A stretch of DNA of 64,000 bases from Eledone cirrhosa (GCA_964016885.1 OZ024750.1:32798001-32862000); one strand, 5' to 3'; numbered from the stretch's first letter, positions 13,670 through 27,706 are shown. Notes: generated by a model not told the origin, from the sequence alone. Made by a program: numbers and translations.

Positions 13670-14490
13670 AAAGCTGGTAGTGATGGTGTCATATATAATA
13701 CACCCAGTACACACTGTAATGTGTCAATGCTGGTGTCACAATAAAATACACCCAGTACACACTGTAAAGTGGTAGTGATGGTGTCACAATAAAATGCACC
13801 CAGTACACACTATAAAGAGTTAATGCTAGTGTCACAATAAAATATACCCAGTACACACTATAAAGTGGTAGTGATGGTTTCACAATAAAATATACTCAGT
13901 ACAAACTATAAAGTGGTAGTGATGGTTTCACAATAAAATATACCCAGTACACACTGTAAAGTGGTAGTGATGGTTTCACAATAAAATATACTCAGTACAC
14001 ACTGTAAAGTGGTAGTGATGGTTTCACAATAAAATATACCCAGTACACACTGTAAAGTGGTAGTGATGGTTTCACAATAAAATATACTCAGTACACACTA
14101 TAAAGTGGTAGTGATGGTTTCACAATAAAATATACTCAGTACAAACTATAAAGTGGTAGTGATGGTGTCACAATAAAATATACCCAGTACACATTGTAAG
14201 GTTGTAGTGATGGTTTCACAATAAAATATACTCAGTACACACTGTAAAGTGGTAGTGATGGTTTCACAATAAAATATACTCAGTACAAACTATAAAGTGG
14301 TAGTGATGGTTTCACAATAAAATATACCCAGTACACATTGTAAGGTTGTAGTGCTGGAGTCAATAAAACATATGCAGTCCACCTGAGAGGATAATAGCTG
14401 TGATTAAGTTCTGACTTGGCCTGTGATGATCTATCCAGCTCTTGCTAGCACAGAAAACGGACATATAATGATGATGATGATGATGATGAT
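13670..14490 (+). repeat. 48-bp minisatellite derived from the RTE 3'UTR subrepeat, ending in an RTE tail
   Basis: Unit CACAATAAAATATACCCAGTACACACTGTAAAGTGGTAGTGATGGTTT; CTTGCTAGCACAGAAAACGGACA-(TGA)n at ~14440-14490. Confidence 0.85.
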
Positions 14491-14985
14491 TCAACTAAAA
14501 ACTGTCAATTTAAAAGCACAACATCACTATGATTAACATAGTATACAAAAATTCTCGATTGAAAACCACATGGTAATTTACTATTTTAACAAACATATTA
14601 CAGACATGTGCTAAGAATGTCTCAGGAAAGAATTGCTGGACAGATTTTATAAGCAAAACCAACTGGTAGGTGATAGTTGCTTCAGACAGGAATTGCTGGA
14701 AGGCATGCTTCAGGACTCTGCACCCACAAACCTCCCAGGAATAAGTGGGTGAAGGGGAAGGAGAACAACAACCTTATAACATATCTTTTAATAAATCAAT
14801 CCAATAAAGTGTTATCCTAGTAAATAAATTAACTTAAAATACTTCAAGTGACAATTAAAGGAGTATTTGATAAATTATGTAAAAAGTTTTTAGGTAAAAA
14901 TAGAAAATTCAAACGAACATTATACATCAAATTACTTTCCAAAGACGAATGGAAAATAAAATATTGATAAAAACTATATATATAA

Positions 14986-15064
14986 ACTAACTCTTTTTAC
15001 ATTGATATATATATATATATTTATATATATAAATATATATATATCAATGAAAAAAGAGTTAGTT
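14986..15064. repeat. small fold-back centred on (TA)n
   Basis: AACTAACTCTTTTTACATTGATA ... TATCAATGAAAAAAGAGTTAGTT. Confidence 0.8.
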
Positions 15065-15629
15065 GATTTGTAATCAACTGATTCTTATACATAACAGATA
15101 CCAAGCACTCAACGGTATATATTTATCTGGAGTATTATAATAATAATAGTAATTGTTTCTACATTTGGCACAAGGCCAGCAAATACCCAGTGCATTACTG
15201 GTACTTTATTTTCTCGACCCCGTAAGGATGAAAGGCAAAGTTGACCTCGGAGGGAATTGATTATAAGCAGCATATAGACTGAATAACGGTCAATTTTTGT
15301 TTGGTTTGACCAATCTAATTACACTATATTTTAAATAATTTACTAAACATTTAAACCAACTGTAATGTATTCTCCCAGTCATGTAACCTCCTATGTGTTG
15401 AGTTTTTTTCTAGTCATATGCTTGGGGGGTCACCGATCTGTTCAGCTTGTTTGTCTACCAGCATATCATGAAAAAATTATACATCTGATATGTATTTTGT
15501 CTGAAGAGGACATGTTTTGTTTTTTTGTTATAGATGAAACTTTGCATCTTCGAAATATATATAATAAAATAAATAGAGATGATATAAAGTATATATCTTT
15601 TGGAGAAAGATGGATCATCATTATTATCA

Positions 15630-15805
15630 TATCGGTAGAGGGTCGGACGCCATGCTTTGACGCATAGAGTTACGGCCCTTGCCATTCTGAGTTCAAATCC
15701 CGCCGAGGTTAACTTTGCCTTTCATCCTTATGGGGTCGATAAAATAAAGTACCAGTAATACACTGGGTAATTGCTGGCCTTGTGCCAAAAGTAGAAACAA
15801 TTATT
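15630..15805 (+). mobile_element. SINE family A
   Basis: Matches the family consensus. Confidence 0.88.
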
Positions 15806-17056
15806 ATCATTTTTATGTACATTTCCCATGCTTGCATGGGTTGGACAGGTCCTTTTAAGCACATCACGACCATTTGTCACTTACTGCGTCTTTGGTACAG
15901 AGTTTGTTTTCAGAATATTTAACCCTACATGACCATATTTCTAATGAAATACACCCTATTTCAATAAATTAATGAAAGATTTTGAGGTATTTACTAAAAT
16001 TATCGATTATTTTAGAACTAAGATAGTAACTTAATGTAAGGTTCTCATATAAAATTATGTTGAAAGATTTTAATTTAAATTGGAAACCTTTAAAATTGGG
16101 TGGTTTTATTTCATAGAACCAGAACTGGTTTGGGCTGGGTTGGTAACAAAGGGATTAAAGATTTAAATGTTCACAAGAATAGCTGAAGACATGAGAAGAG
16201 AAAGAGGTATGAAATTCAAGAATCTGGCTACTATTTCTTACAGGTTGAATGTCAGTAGTGAAGCTCTCCTATTAGTTGTAGAGCTGCTTCTATGATATAA
16301 ATGAAAACTCTTCAATCACCCACATATAACTATGTTGGCATAAAGATAGGATTGTAAGGATTTGAAAATAAGTTAGGATCAGCTTGGTGTGGATTCCTAT
16401 TTCTTCTTTTTATCTTATTCAGGTTGGATTTCTGTATTGATACTTGCAATCAATAAAATATCTGAATAAATTCAGATATGGAGGGGAAAACTAGGACTTA
16501 TCTGGTGAATTCAGTGTGTGTAAAAGGGCCTTCAAGTTTTTATTTTCTTTTTTCAACTTTCATCTAATTGATTGAGCAATATTGATAGGCTATCTAACAA
16601 CACTGAAGTAGTAGCAACAATGACATCTGTAACAAAGAATAAAACCTCTTTATTATCATCAGTAATATAATTGAACACAATACATCACATGTGATATCAA
16701 TGGACACAACTAAAAACAGCAATGAAAGACACAGCCATTTTGCAAAATTAGCCAGCACTAATGGATGCAAACAAGGCTGTTGTATCCTTTAGAAGTTTGC
16801 TTTGCAGCTATACAGTCCTGGGTTCAATCTTGTTCTGTGAAATTTTGAGCAATTATAATCTTTTGTGGCGTCAAGTTGACAAATATCTTGTGTGTGTGAA
16901 AGTTTGTAGGGGAAAACTATACCAAAGGCTGTTGTATTCTTTAGAAGTTTGCTTTGCAGCTACGTAGTCTTGAGTTCAATCTTGCTGTGTTTGGGCAATT
17001 ATATTCTGTTGTGATCTCAAGCTGACAAATACCTTGGGTGCGTGAAAGTTTGTTGT

Positions 17057-17400
17057 ATCATCATTTTCATCATTTCATTTTATGTCCGCTTTTTCCCTGC
17101 ATGCCAGGGTGGGACGGGAACTGATTCTGGCTTGATTTCTACAGCTGGATGCCCTTCCTAACACCAACCTCATTTACAGTGAGTGCTGGGTGCTTTTTTG
17201 CCGTGGCACCTCCACGACCACTTTACAGTGGAATGATAGGGACCCCGGTCCCTATCATCTCATCTCTACAGCTGAGTAAACTGGAGCAATGTGAAATAAA
17301 GTGTCTTGCTCAAGGAAACAACACATCACCCGGTCTGAGAATTGAACTCAAAACCTTTCGATTGCAAGACCAATGCTCTAACCACTAAGCCATAAGCCCC
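17057..17400 (-). mobile_element. SINE family B
   Basis: Full-length match to the family. Confidence 0.9.
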
Positions 17401-17808
17401 CATTGTATAAATATATATATATCCAGTTTAGTTGTTGTGTATATGTGGTATAAAATGGGTAAACTGTAATTCTGTTGTGAGGGATTCATTTTATAACATT
17501 ACAGAATGGAATACAAAAAATGGTTCTATGTAAGGCTGAAGGTCTGTATACCTACTATTCTGCATTTGTGTGTGCATGTGAGTGCATGTTTTTGCATGTG
17601 CATGCATATTTAAGTGTATATGCATCTGATCCTTTTTGCATGTGCATTTCTGTGTGTGTGTGTGTGCATATATATATAGATCTTGGGAATTTTACCCACC
17701 CAAGATAGATAGATATATATGTAGTGGAAAAGCATGGTCGCTGTTGTCATTGAAATATGTATCACGGCCTTAGCAATAAAGGAGTTCATCATCTGCAACT
17801 ACTTCGTA

Positions 17809-17973
<165 letters not shown>

Positions 17974-18665
17974 GCTTAGCATATTGTGGATCATGATTTT
18001 CAATGATTTATAATTACTTTTTTTTTTTTCTTTTTTTCTCCAGACACAGTGTATCATTATTTAATTGGTCCTTCTTATTTTGAAGATGGTGGAATAGGAT
18101 ATAATTGAGAATTAGCTACTGTTTCTAACGAATCAAGCTGTATCAGTCCTTGCCTTTTCCTTGGACAACATTGATAACATGGCGAAAGGAGATATGCATG
18201 TATGAGCAACGGCTGGTTTTCTATACAAAATAAACAAACTTGCTTCACTCAGAGCCTTAGAGAAGAACTTTCCAGCAGCGAATTAATGTCTCATGACACA
18301 TACAGAGTTCTTGAAGTATCAATTATTAGCCCCAAATTAGCAGAACTAAGATCAAAAGAGATTGACATTGTTAATGATTGCAAAGGTTCATGAGAAGGCA
18401 TTTAGTACATGGGTGGGAAGTATTGGGTATAAAAACCTAAAACTATAGAAAAATTAAACCAAATTGTGCATGGTGCTCGTTTGTAAATCATGTGTCAGGC
18501 AAATTAAGTTGTTAACTCACACATACACGCACACATATGTAAGCATGCATGTGTGTGTGTGTGTATGTGTGTATATATACATATATGTGGTTAATTATGC
18601 TAATTGGGAGAAGAAATGATGTATATATATTATCAAATGATTCTATGGACATGCTTTACTGTATA

Positions 18666-18722
<57 letters not shown>

Positions 18723-19106
18723 AAGATACATATATACATAAATACTCATATATATATGTATATATACATACATTCATATGTATATATATATATATATACA
18801 TATATGTATAAACATTCATATATATGTATATATGTATAAACATTTATATATATATATATATGAATGTATGTATGTTTATATACACTTCACATACTATGAC
18901 ATGAATTTTTTTGCAATCAATCAGTTCAGGTTTTTGGGGGGGTTTTTTCAATGTAAAAATTAGAAGTTATGTCAGGGCAACAGATACCTATAATTTTCTT
19001 CCAAAGCTTTATTGACATTAATATTGCTCCTGGGAACAATCAGAAACATAATACTTTGGTAATTTCAACATGTAATAAACTCCTCATTACAATGAATTTT
19101 TTTTAA

Positions 19107-19327
19107 CCCTTTAGGATTTACCTTACTCTATATTTGCTATTATATTTTTGTGGCAAAGGCTTTATCTTACTTAATTATCCCACATAATATTGAATCTTTG
19201 AGATTTTGATTTTATTTATTTTGAGAACAATATCTCAACATCAGTATGAGTGGCCAGTTACTGCCAGTTTGAACAGGAAATGGTGAGAGAATTCTGGCCA
19301 GATATAGCCAGTTTAGATGCTAAAGCA
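19107..19327 (+). mobile_element. piggyBac-like MITE
   Basis: TTAA-CCCTTTAG start; same body as the other copies. Confidence 0.78.
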
Positions 19328-19444
19328 TTTAAAGATATTTTAAAGATTACTATAGAAAAAATATGGAAGGATTACCATCCTGAAAAGGATAGTAAGTATG
19401 ATGCTTTTAAAAAATATAATAGTTAGAACAGAGTTGAGCTGTAT

Positions 19445-20135
19445 TTGGCTTAGTGGTAAAGCTGTTGGACTTACGATCATAATGTCATAGGTTTGTTTCC
19501 TGGACCAGGTTGTGTGCTGTGTTCTTGAGCAAAACACTTCATATTACATTTCTCCAGTATACTCAGTGGAAGCATGTGGCTTAGTGGTAAAGGTGTTGGA
19601 CTTATGATCATAATGTCATAGGTTTGATTCCTGGACCAGGTTGTGTGCTGTGTTCTTGAGCAAAACACTTCATATTACATTTCTCCAGTATACTCAGTGG
19701 AAGCATGTGGCTTAGTGGTAAAGGTGTTGGACTTATGATCCTAATGTCATAGGTTTGATTCCTGGACCAGGTTGTGTGCTGTGTTCTTGAGCAAAACACT
19801 TCATATTACATTTCTCCAGTATACTCAGTGGAAGCATGTGGCTTAGTGGTAAAGGTGTTGGACTTATGATCCTAATGTCGTGGGTTCAATTCATAACTGT
19901 GTTGTGTGTTGTATTCTTGAGCAAAACACTTCATTTCATGTTGCTCCAATATACTCAGCTGAAAATGAGTACCAGCAATGGCCGGAGAGTGGGGGCTAAC
20001 CCTGCAATTGACTGGCTCATTGTGCAGTCCTGGGAGGAATCTTGTACTCTCAGTCACTTCATGCCACAGAAAGTATAAGCACTGGGATAAGCACCACTGG
20101 CCTGATGAGCCTCTGAGCTAGTGGCAGACTTTAGA
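19445..20135 (+). mobile_element. tRNA-derived SINE with its 131-bp head tandemly repeated (~4 heads)
   Basis: TGGCTTAGTGGTAA (A box) and GGTTTGATTCC/GGTTCAATTC (B box) recur at 131-bp period; a single body follows. Confidence 0.85.
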
Positions 20136-20222
20136 CATTCTAACAATAACATATAAAGTAAAAAATACTACTAGTATTATAATAAAATGGCAAATTGGCA
20201 GAGTCATTAGGACGTTGAATAT

Positions 20223-20403
20223 AATTGTTTCTACTTTTGGCACAAGGCCAGCAATTACCCAGTGTATTACTGGTACTTTATTTTATCGACCCCGTAAGGA
20301 TGAAAGGCAAAGTTAACCTCGGCGGGATTTGAACTCAGAATGGCAAGGGCCGTAACTCTATGCGTCAAAGCATGGCATCTGACCCTCTACCGATACTGCC
20401 AAT
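20223..20403 (-). mobile_element. SINE family A nested in an older SINE
   Basis: Interrupts an older plus-strand copy (~20189-20525). Confidence 0.8.
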
Positions 20404-20744
20404 AATGCTTTATGGTATTTGTTCAGGCTCTCTACTCTCTGAGTTCAAATCCCACCAAGGTCAAGTTTGCCTTTCATCCTTTCAAGGTCAATAAAAAAAG
20501 TACCAACCTTGTACTGGTGTCGATTCTTCCTCTTTACCTCTTTCTCATTTCCTGTCATTTCCTGTCACTTTCTATCCTTCCCTGGAAGAAATCTGCTGTA
20601 CTCAGGCCTGGGGAGGGATGGGCTCTGCCAGGCTTAAAATGATGAAGAAACACTGTATGTCAACATGGTGCCCCCACAACTCCTCAGGAGTTACAGATCC
20701 ATACTATACTATACCATACTATTATTATATTACTATCCCACATG

Positions 20745-20927
20745 GCGGTGAATTGGCAGTATCGGTGGAGGGTCGGACATGCTTTCCAGTGTAGTTACGT
20801 CCCTTTACGATCTGAGTTCAAATCCCGCCGAGGTTAACTTTGCCTTTCATCTTTATGGGGTCGATAAAATAAAGTACCAGTAATGCACTGGGTAATTGCT
20901 GGCCTTGTGCCAAAAGTAGAAACTATT
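20745..20927 (+). mobile_element. SINE family A
   Basis: Matches the family consensus. Confidence 0.88.
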
Positions 20928-21469
20928 ATATTATTATCCAACAGCAGATATCTTATGTGATATTGTAGTACTAAAATAACAAAGAAACAATGTCATTTTT
21001 GTAAAACCTATCACTACAAAGACAAAGAGAGTGAGAAATACATAACAGACCTGTTGGGTATTATATTAGAGTAGATTTTGATTAGATGTAATAAAATTGA
21101 TCTTACTCTGTGGTATAGTATTGTTATTTAACAAGGTAGTCATGCTGTTGCTCCTACTGAGGTAAGTGTGAAACAAATTTGATTAACTTAGTGAACCATT
21201 TCACTTCCCTTACACTTGTGTACCGAAATCTTCCAGGATGTAATGAATAGCCTGGTAAGGGGTTCCTCGCCACTGGTTTTACATACTACTACAAAGTAAA
21301 ATTCTTTTGCAGCAACGAGCGAATGATCCGTGAAGATTAACACATTTTCATTCATTCATATTTGTTAGTAATGTTTTATTATCTGTAACTAAGCAATGGA
21401 TCTCCATCAACTGCAACGATGAGTGTTTCCAGTTGTTTCATCAATACTACAATAGCCAGCTCATGAAAT

Positions 21470-22205
21470 GACCATGTAAGTGCATTCCAATGACACATGT
21501 ACCAGTGATGTCATTCTCAATTCTTAGGGAGATTCAGCATGATAGAAAATGAGACAAGGCTGACCCTTTGTATTACAGGTATTGTTGATCTTGTATTGTA
21601 ATGTAAGTGGCTGAGCATTCCACAGACACATGTACCTTTAACATAATTCTCAGGGAGATTCAGTATGACACAGTGTATAAAACAAATCTGACCATTTGAA
21701 TTACATGTACAGTCTATCATGTATTATAGTGTAAGTGGCTGAGTGTTTCACAGACACATGTACCTTTAACATAATTCTCAGGGAGATTCAGCATGGCACA
21801 GAGTGTGTGACAAGGCTGGCTCTTTGAATTACAGGTACAGTTTATCATGTATTATTGTATAAGTGGCTGAGCATTCCACAGGCACATATACCTTTAATAT
21901 AATTCTCAGGGAGATTCAGCAGTGTGTGACAAGGCTGGCTCTTTGAATTACAGGTACAGTTTATCATGTATTATTGTATAAGTGGCTGAGCATTCCACAG
22001 GCACATATACCTTTAATATAATTCTCAGGGAGATTCAGCAGCGTGTGACAAGGCTGGCTCTTTGAATTACAGGTACAGTTTATCATGTATTATTGTGTAA
22101 GTGGCTAAGCATTCCACAGACACATGTACCTTTAATATAATTCTCAGGGAGATTCAGCATAAGACAGTGTGTGACAAGGGTGACCATTGAGCTACAGGTA
22201 TAGTC
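21470..22205. repeat. ~120-bp tandem repeat (~6 units)
   Basis: AAGTGGCTGAGCATTCCACAG...ATTCTCAGGGAGATTCAG recurs; monomer remnants at ~38625-38670 and ~56820-56885 on the minus strand. Confidence 0.88.
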
Positions 22206-22316
22206 CATCCACCTGGCTTCCAAATAGTTTCCATTGATCAGTTTCTATCACAAGTCATGGGTGGCTCAACCCAAGGTAAAAGACATTTTACCGAAAATAC
22301 CACACTGTAGGATTAA

Positions 22317-22707
22317 CCCTCTAATGTTCAAACCGGCCAGAATTCTCTACCTCTTTCTGTTGAAACTGGCTGTAACTGGTCACTCAAACTTATGTTAAGG
22401 TATTGTTCTCAAAATAAATACTTTCAAAATCTCATAGATTCGATATTATGTGAGATAATTATGTGAGGTAAAGCTTTTACCATGAAAATATAATTGTTTC
22501 TACTTTAGGCACAAGGCCAGCAATTACCCAGTGCATTACTGTTACTTTATTTTATCGACCCCGAAAGGATGAAAGGCAAAGTCAACCTCGGCGGGATTTG
22601 AACTCAGATCGTAAAGGGACGTAACTATGCTGGAAAGCATGGCGTCCGACCTTCTACCGATACTGCCAATCCACCAGTATATATAGAGTAATGTGAATAC
22701 TAAAGGG
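22317..22707 (-). mobile_element. piggyBac-like MITE interrupted by SINE A (22490-22675)
   Basis: TTAA-CCCT ... AAAGGG-TTAA, with a SINE in the middle. Confidence 0.82.
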
Positions 22708-23334
22708 TTAAAACTGGCTATTAGTGATTGTGAAATAAAACTTCCTAACTCTTCAGCCATGTGTGTCATCATCATTATCATAATCATCACCATCATCATT
22801 TGGACATTGTTCCATGCTTGCATGGGTTGGACAGATCTTTCTATGTACAACATCTCTCCACTTCTCACATTCTTTTGTCAAATGTAAATATATTTTACTG
22901 GCTATCATGACACCATGACTAGCTAATGGTGCTCTACAGTTTATCTTATATGTTTTGGAAGAAGGAATCATGAATAATAATATACATGGATGCTGCATGT
23001 ATTCTGTTTTATTATTCAGTTTTATTGATGTGATTATTCATTTAAACTTTTATTTCCTTATTTGCATCAGTGAATGGACTACACAGTCATGCTGAGGAAC
23101 AGCAGTAAACACAGTAAGCACTGTTTTAGTAGATTATATTGACCATAATACTTTGTCTGGGACTTAATTTAATCTTTCTCATAAAATACAAAGTGCAAAG
23201 TCAATATTGCCACAAAGGGAGATAATTCAGGATGATGATGATGACTTAGATACTAAACAGCATTTCTATCTGAATGTACCAGTTCTCCTTTCATGGTGTT
23301 AAAGACAAACCTCATACAGTATGTATACACACAC

Positions 23335-23381
<47 letters not shown>

Positions 23382-24514
23382 TATAGTAAAGGCACATGGC
23401 TGAGTGGTTAGAGAATTGGATTCGCAATCGTGAGGTTGTGAGTTGGATTCCTGGACCGGGCGATGCGTTATGTCCTTGAGCAAGACACTTTATTTCATGT
23501 TGCTCATTCTTCGTGGATTTGCGACTGATAGATATTATTAGCACTTCATATATCCATTGGCTTCTGTTTAGCAAATGCTACTCCTGATTGTTGTTCAGAA
23601 TGTATTCTTCTCCTCCCCCTATTTATTCCTGGGAAGTTTGTGGGGGAGATTCCTCAGGAAAACCTTCCGGTAGGTCATCCATCTGGCTGGATCCCTAAGT
23701 GAGACCAGACAAAAGAATGTGAATTTCATATTACTGATGTTAGCTTAGTCATAAAATATAGCAATTTGGTACCACTCTAACCTCATTGCCCCTAATGTGG
23801 TACTCTCTAATGCCATTGCCCCTAGTAAGGTATCTCTGTAGTACTATTGCTCTCAATGTGGTAGTACCACTCTAATATCATAGCTCCTAAAGTGGTACCT
23901 CCCTAATCTCATTGCTCGCTCCTATTGTGGTAGCTAGTACTATTGCACCCAGTACAGTATGTCTTTCAGGTCTGTCCCACAGTTCATAGTAAAACAGTGT
24001 CCAACATTCCTTTGAATTATGGTTAATAGTCATTTAGTTCTTTATTGATATTAGCACAACAAACGGGATTATTGACGGCACATCATGGGCCATTGTGTGT
24101 CAGGTTTTGAAAGAGCAACTACGGAAGTATTTGTGGGCTTACATAAACATAAAATATACTTTCAAAATATTTTTCACCAGCAAAGACCGGTCAAGACAGC
24201 AGTGGCTGGCCAGCAGCATTCTGAACATTCAAAATAAACAATCACACTCGAAGTTATAATGTGGCAGGATTTGGTAAGAGTTTTCTCTCATAGTCTTTGG
24301 TGAGTGTGTATATTATATAAATATATACATATATAAATTTATAAATATATATATAAACAAGAAGGGTAAGTCAATAGGTTAAAATTAACTTTGTTTATTC
24401 ACTGTTAAAGCCACCAGTGCTTTGAGAAAACAACACCATACTTCAGCACTGGTCTGAAGAGGTAAACTTTGTTCCATTGTTATGTTTTTCTGGTTTTTTT
24501 TGTTCAAATTCTAG

Positions 24515-24571
24515 CTGTCTGATGAGGTCATGGCTATTGCATAGTGGTTATCACCAAAATATATATAACAG
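24515..24571 (+). ncRNA. decayed hammerhead motif (GAAA changed to AAAA)
   Basis: ctgt-CTGATGA-ggt...acc-AAAA-TATATA-TA-acag; stems I, II and III all recognisable. Confidence 0.6.
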
Positions 24572-24589
24572 TGAATATGAATAAATGGA

Positions 24590-26885
24590 GATCTGCATTG
24601 TGTACAATTTATAGAATTTAAGCCAACTCCTTTTCTACATATCGAACATGCCCATTTCCCTGATGGAATCAGAGTTTTGTCCTCTTTTCTACTTATCAAC
24701 ACTTTAGTCTTATCTAGGCTCACTCTCAGCCTTCTTGATTCCAACTGCTGTTTCCATGGTCAGAATTTATTCTCTATCTCCTCTACTGATTCTGCGATAA
24801 GTACCAGATCATCAGCATAGAGAAGTTCCCATGAGCAGCCAGTCTTAAACTCCTCTCTTATGGCTTGGAGGACTATAATGAACAAGAGTGGGCTGAGGAC
24901 CGAACTCTGATGTACTCCTACTTGTATCTGGAATTCCTCACTAAACTCCATTCCTACTCTCACTTTACTGACAGCACCCCTGTACATAGCTTGCACTGTC
25001 CTCAGAGGCCATTCCTCTACACCTAGTTTCTTTAGGGGCCACCAGATGACAGATCGGGGTACTCTATCAAAGGCCTTCTTTAAGTCAACAAAAGCTAAGT
25101 ATAGTGGCTTATTCTTCTTTAAGAACCTCTCTTGTAGTTGTCTCACTAAGAAGAGAGCATCTGTTGTACTTTTCCCATGCACAAAACCAAACTGCATCTC
25201 ATCTAATTTGATCCTTTCTCTAATTAATTGCGCTAGTATTCTTTCTGCCACTCTCATAACCTGATCCATCAGTTTTATGCTCCTATAATTGCTCCTCTCC
25301 AGAGCATCCCCTTTACCTTTGTAGCAATTTATAAGAATACTGCTGCACCAGTCTTTGGGTATGACTCCGCCATATATAGCTTGATTGACGATGCGTGCAA
25401 GCAGTTTTTTTAGTTCCTACTTCTCCTGATGCCTTCACCATCTCAGCAACTATCCCTGACCGTCCAGCGGCCTTACCACTTTTCATGTCCTTAATTGCCT
25501 CTTGGACCCTATATTCGTCAATCTCAATAGCTGGTTCCTTTGTCAGGTCTACTGGGAGTAGTTTCCCTCTCTCTCCGATTCATTCTCAAGATTCATCAGT
25601 CTCTCATAATTGTTTCTACTTTAGGCACAAGGCCAGCAACTACCTAGTGCATTACTGGTACTTTATTTTATCGACCCCGTAAGGATGAAAGGCAAAGTCA
25701 ACCTCGGCGGGATTTGAATTCAGATCGTAAAGGGACGTAACTATGCTGGAAAGCATGGCGTCCGACCCTCCACCGATACTGCCAATCCCTCATAATGACA
25801 TTTCCAGGCCTCCTTTTTCTGAGCATCAGTGACACTAAGTGCACCAGCATCATTTTGGACACACTTATCTCCAACAACATCCTGATTTACACTGACACAC
25901 TGCCTTGCAATGCGGTTTACCACACGTCTCTGATCAGAACATTGGCAAACCTCCTACTCTCAGCTTCCCTGCATGCTAAGTACACCTGACGTCTAGCTTC
26001 TCTTTTAGCGGCTGTATATCCTTCTTTAGTCCCACCATTTTTCCAAGCCTTCCATGCTAGTCTTTTGTCTTTAATGACTCTGTCTACTGTGCTGTTCCGC
26101 CACCAGGTCACCCTCTGTCTGGTTGGAGCTCTGCTCCAGCCACAAGTTTCTTCAGTAGCCTGCAGTATGTTGTCACATAAGAAATTCCAGTTATCATCTG
26201 TCATACGATTTTAACTTGTCTTCTTTTTTGTCATACACATCTTGAAGGGCTTTCCTAAATTTGTATTTTAGTGAAAGGTCTTTCAGCTTCCAGACCTTCC
26301 TTTTCCACACTTTCCTGTGTGTCTCATTTTGTCTCTTGCTTATTGCAATGTCACTAACAACTAACCTATGTTTGGAGTGGGGGGGGGGGGTACATTCTTC
26401 CCCAAGGTATGCCTTAGTATTTGACACCATCTGTCTGTCTCGTTGCCTAACTAGCAAGAAGTCAATCTGGCTTATGTGCTCGCCTGATTGGTAGGTTATT
26501 AGGTGGTTGGTAGGTTTCTAGAAGTTAGTGTTGCAAATGGTTAGTTCACTTGCATCACAAAATTCAAGAAGGCTCACTCATTCTTCATTTCTTGAGCCAT
26601 AACCGTGCCCACCATGCACCCAAGTGTATCGATCCTGGAGCTATCCAACATGACCATTCCAGTCCCCTGCTAGCATGATTAGGTCTCTGTTTTCTGTCAT
26701 TGTGGTTCTTTCTAGAAGTTGCTCGTAAAAGCAGTCCATCTCTTCTTCACCTAGGCCCGCCTGGGGAACATAGGTAGAGATAATTGTCAGTTTCCTGCCT
26801 ACAATTAATCTAATATTAATTATTCTATTACTGACTCTAACTACCTCTATTGTCTTATTGAGCCAACTCTCGGCCAGTAAAATGC
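24590..26885 (-). mobile_element. decayed RTE LINE (APE + RT + start of finger), frameshifted
   Basis: LAGDWNGHVG, QFGF, FVDLKKAFDRVP, LLYADD, CSICRKG; homologous to the 32651-35638 ORF. Confidence 0.93.
25611..25788 (-). mobile_element. SINE family A inserted in the RTE, 8-bp TSD
   Basis: CTCATAAT at 25603-25610 and 25789-25796; the RTE frame is split at CHYE|RLMN. Confidence 0.92.
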
Positions 26886-26914
26886 ATATATATATATGTA
26901 TATATGTATATATA

Positions 26915-27514
26915 TCATCATCATCATCGTTTAACGTCCATCTTCCACGCTAGCATGGGTTTGGATGGGAATTTTCCCACTTGAGGCAAGATTGGTTGTC
27001 TTGCTCTTATAGGACTGACTGGGGGGTTTTCTACAGCTGGATGCCGTTCCTAACACCAACCACGTTTATAGTGTGGACTGGGAGGTTTTTACCGTGTTAC
27101 CTACACGCCCACATTGCAGCGTGGACTGTGTTTTTTTGCTGTGACACCTACACGAACTCATTTGTTTCGAACTGGATGTTGTGGTATCAACATAACTTTA
27201 CATTTAAGGGGGTGGTGTGGATGGGGTGGGGGTAGAGGGACGGAGGTGTATTTTTGTTAGAGGTGCCTACTGACTGTAGGTTTCGCTTAGTACTTAGGCA
27301 AGGCGGGTCTTCTGTATTACTGTGTAGCACCAAAGATCTTGGTCTAGTGACATTATCTTGGAGAGGTGTAAGTGTGTGAGGTCGGAATTTATCAAGTCAT
27401 CCCAGGTTTTTCTGGGTCTGCCTACTCAATGGCTACCGTTTATTTTTATTGCCCTGCACTTTTTTTATACAGCTGTCGTCTTTCATGCGCATCACGTGAC
27501 CGTTCCAACGTAGT
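26915..27514 (-). mobile_element. RTE 3' fragment (C-terminus, 3'UTR, (TGA)n tail)
   Basis: [11 protein letters not shown] motif; closely similar to 32295-32880. Confidence 0.92.
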
Positions 27515-27673
27515 CTTATATATATATATGTATGTATACACATATATATATATATATATATATATGCATATATATATATACATATATTTATACACATATA
27601 TATATACACATATATATATATATACATATATATATACACATATATATATTTACACATATATATATATACACAC

Positions 27674-27706
<33 letters not shown>

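Noticed and set aside
17149-17388. Recurrent 79-aa MPFLTPTSFTV... ORF
   Set aside because: Antisense reading of SINE B; it recurs only because the SINE does
24055-24260. ~65-codon open stretch in unique sequence
   Set aside because: No start codon, convincing splice sites or recognisable motif
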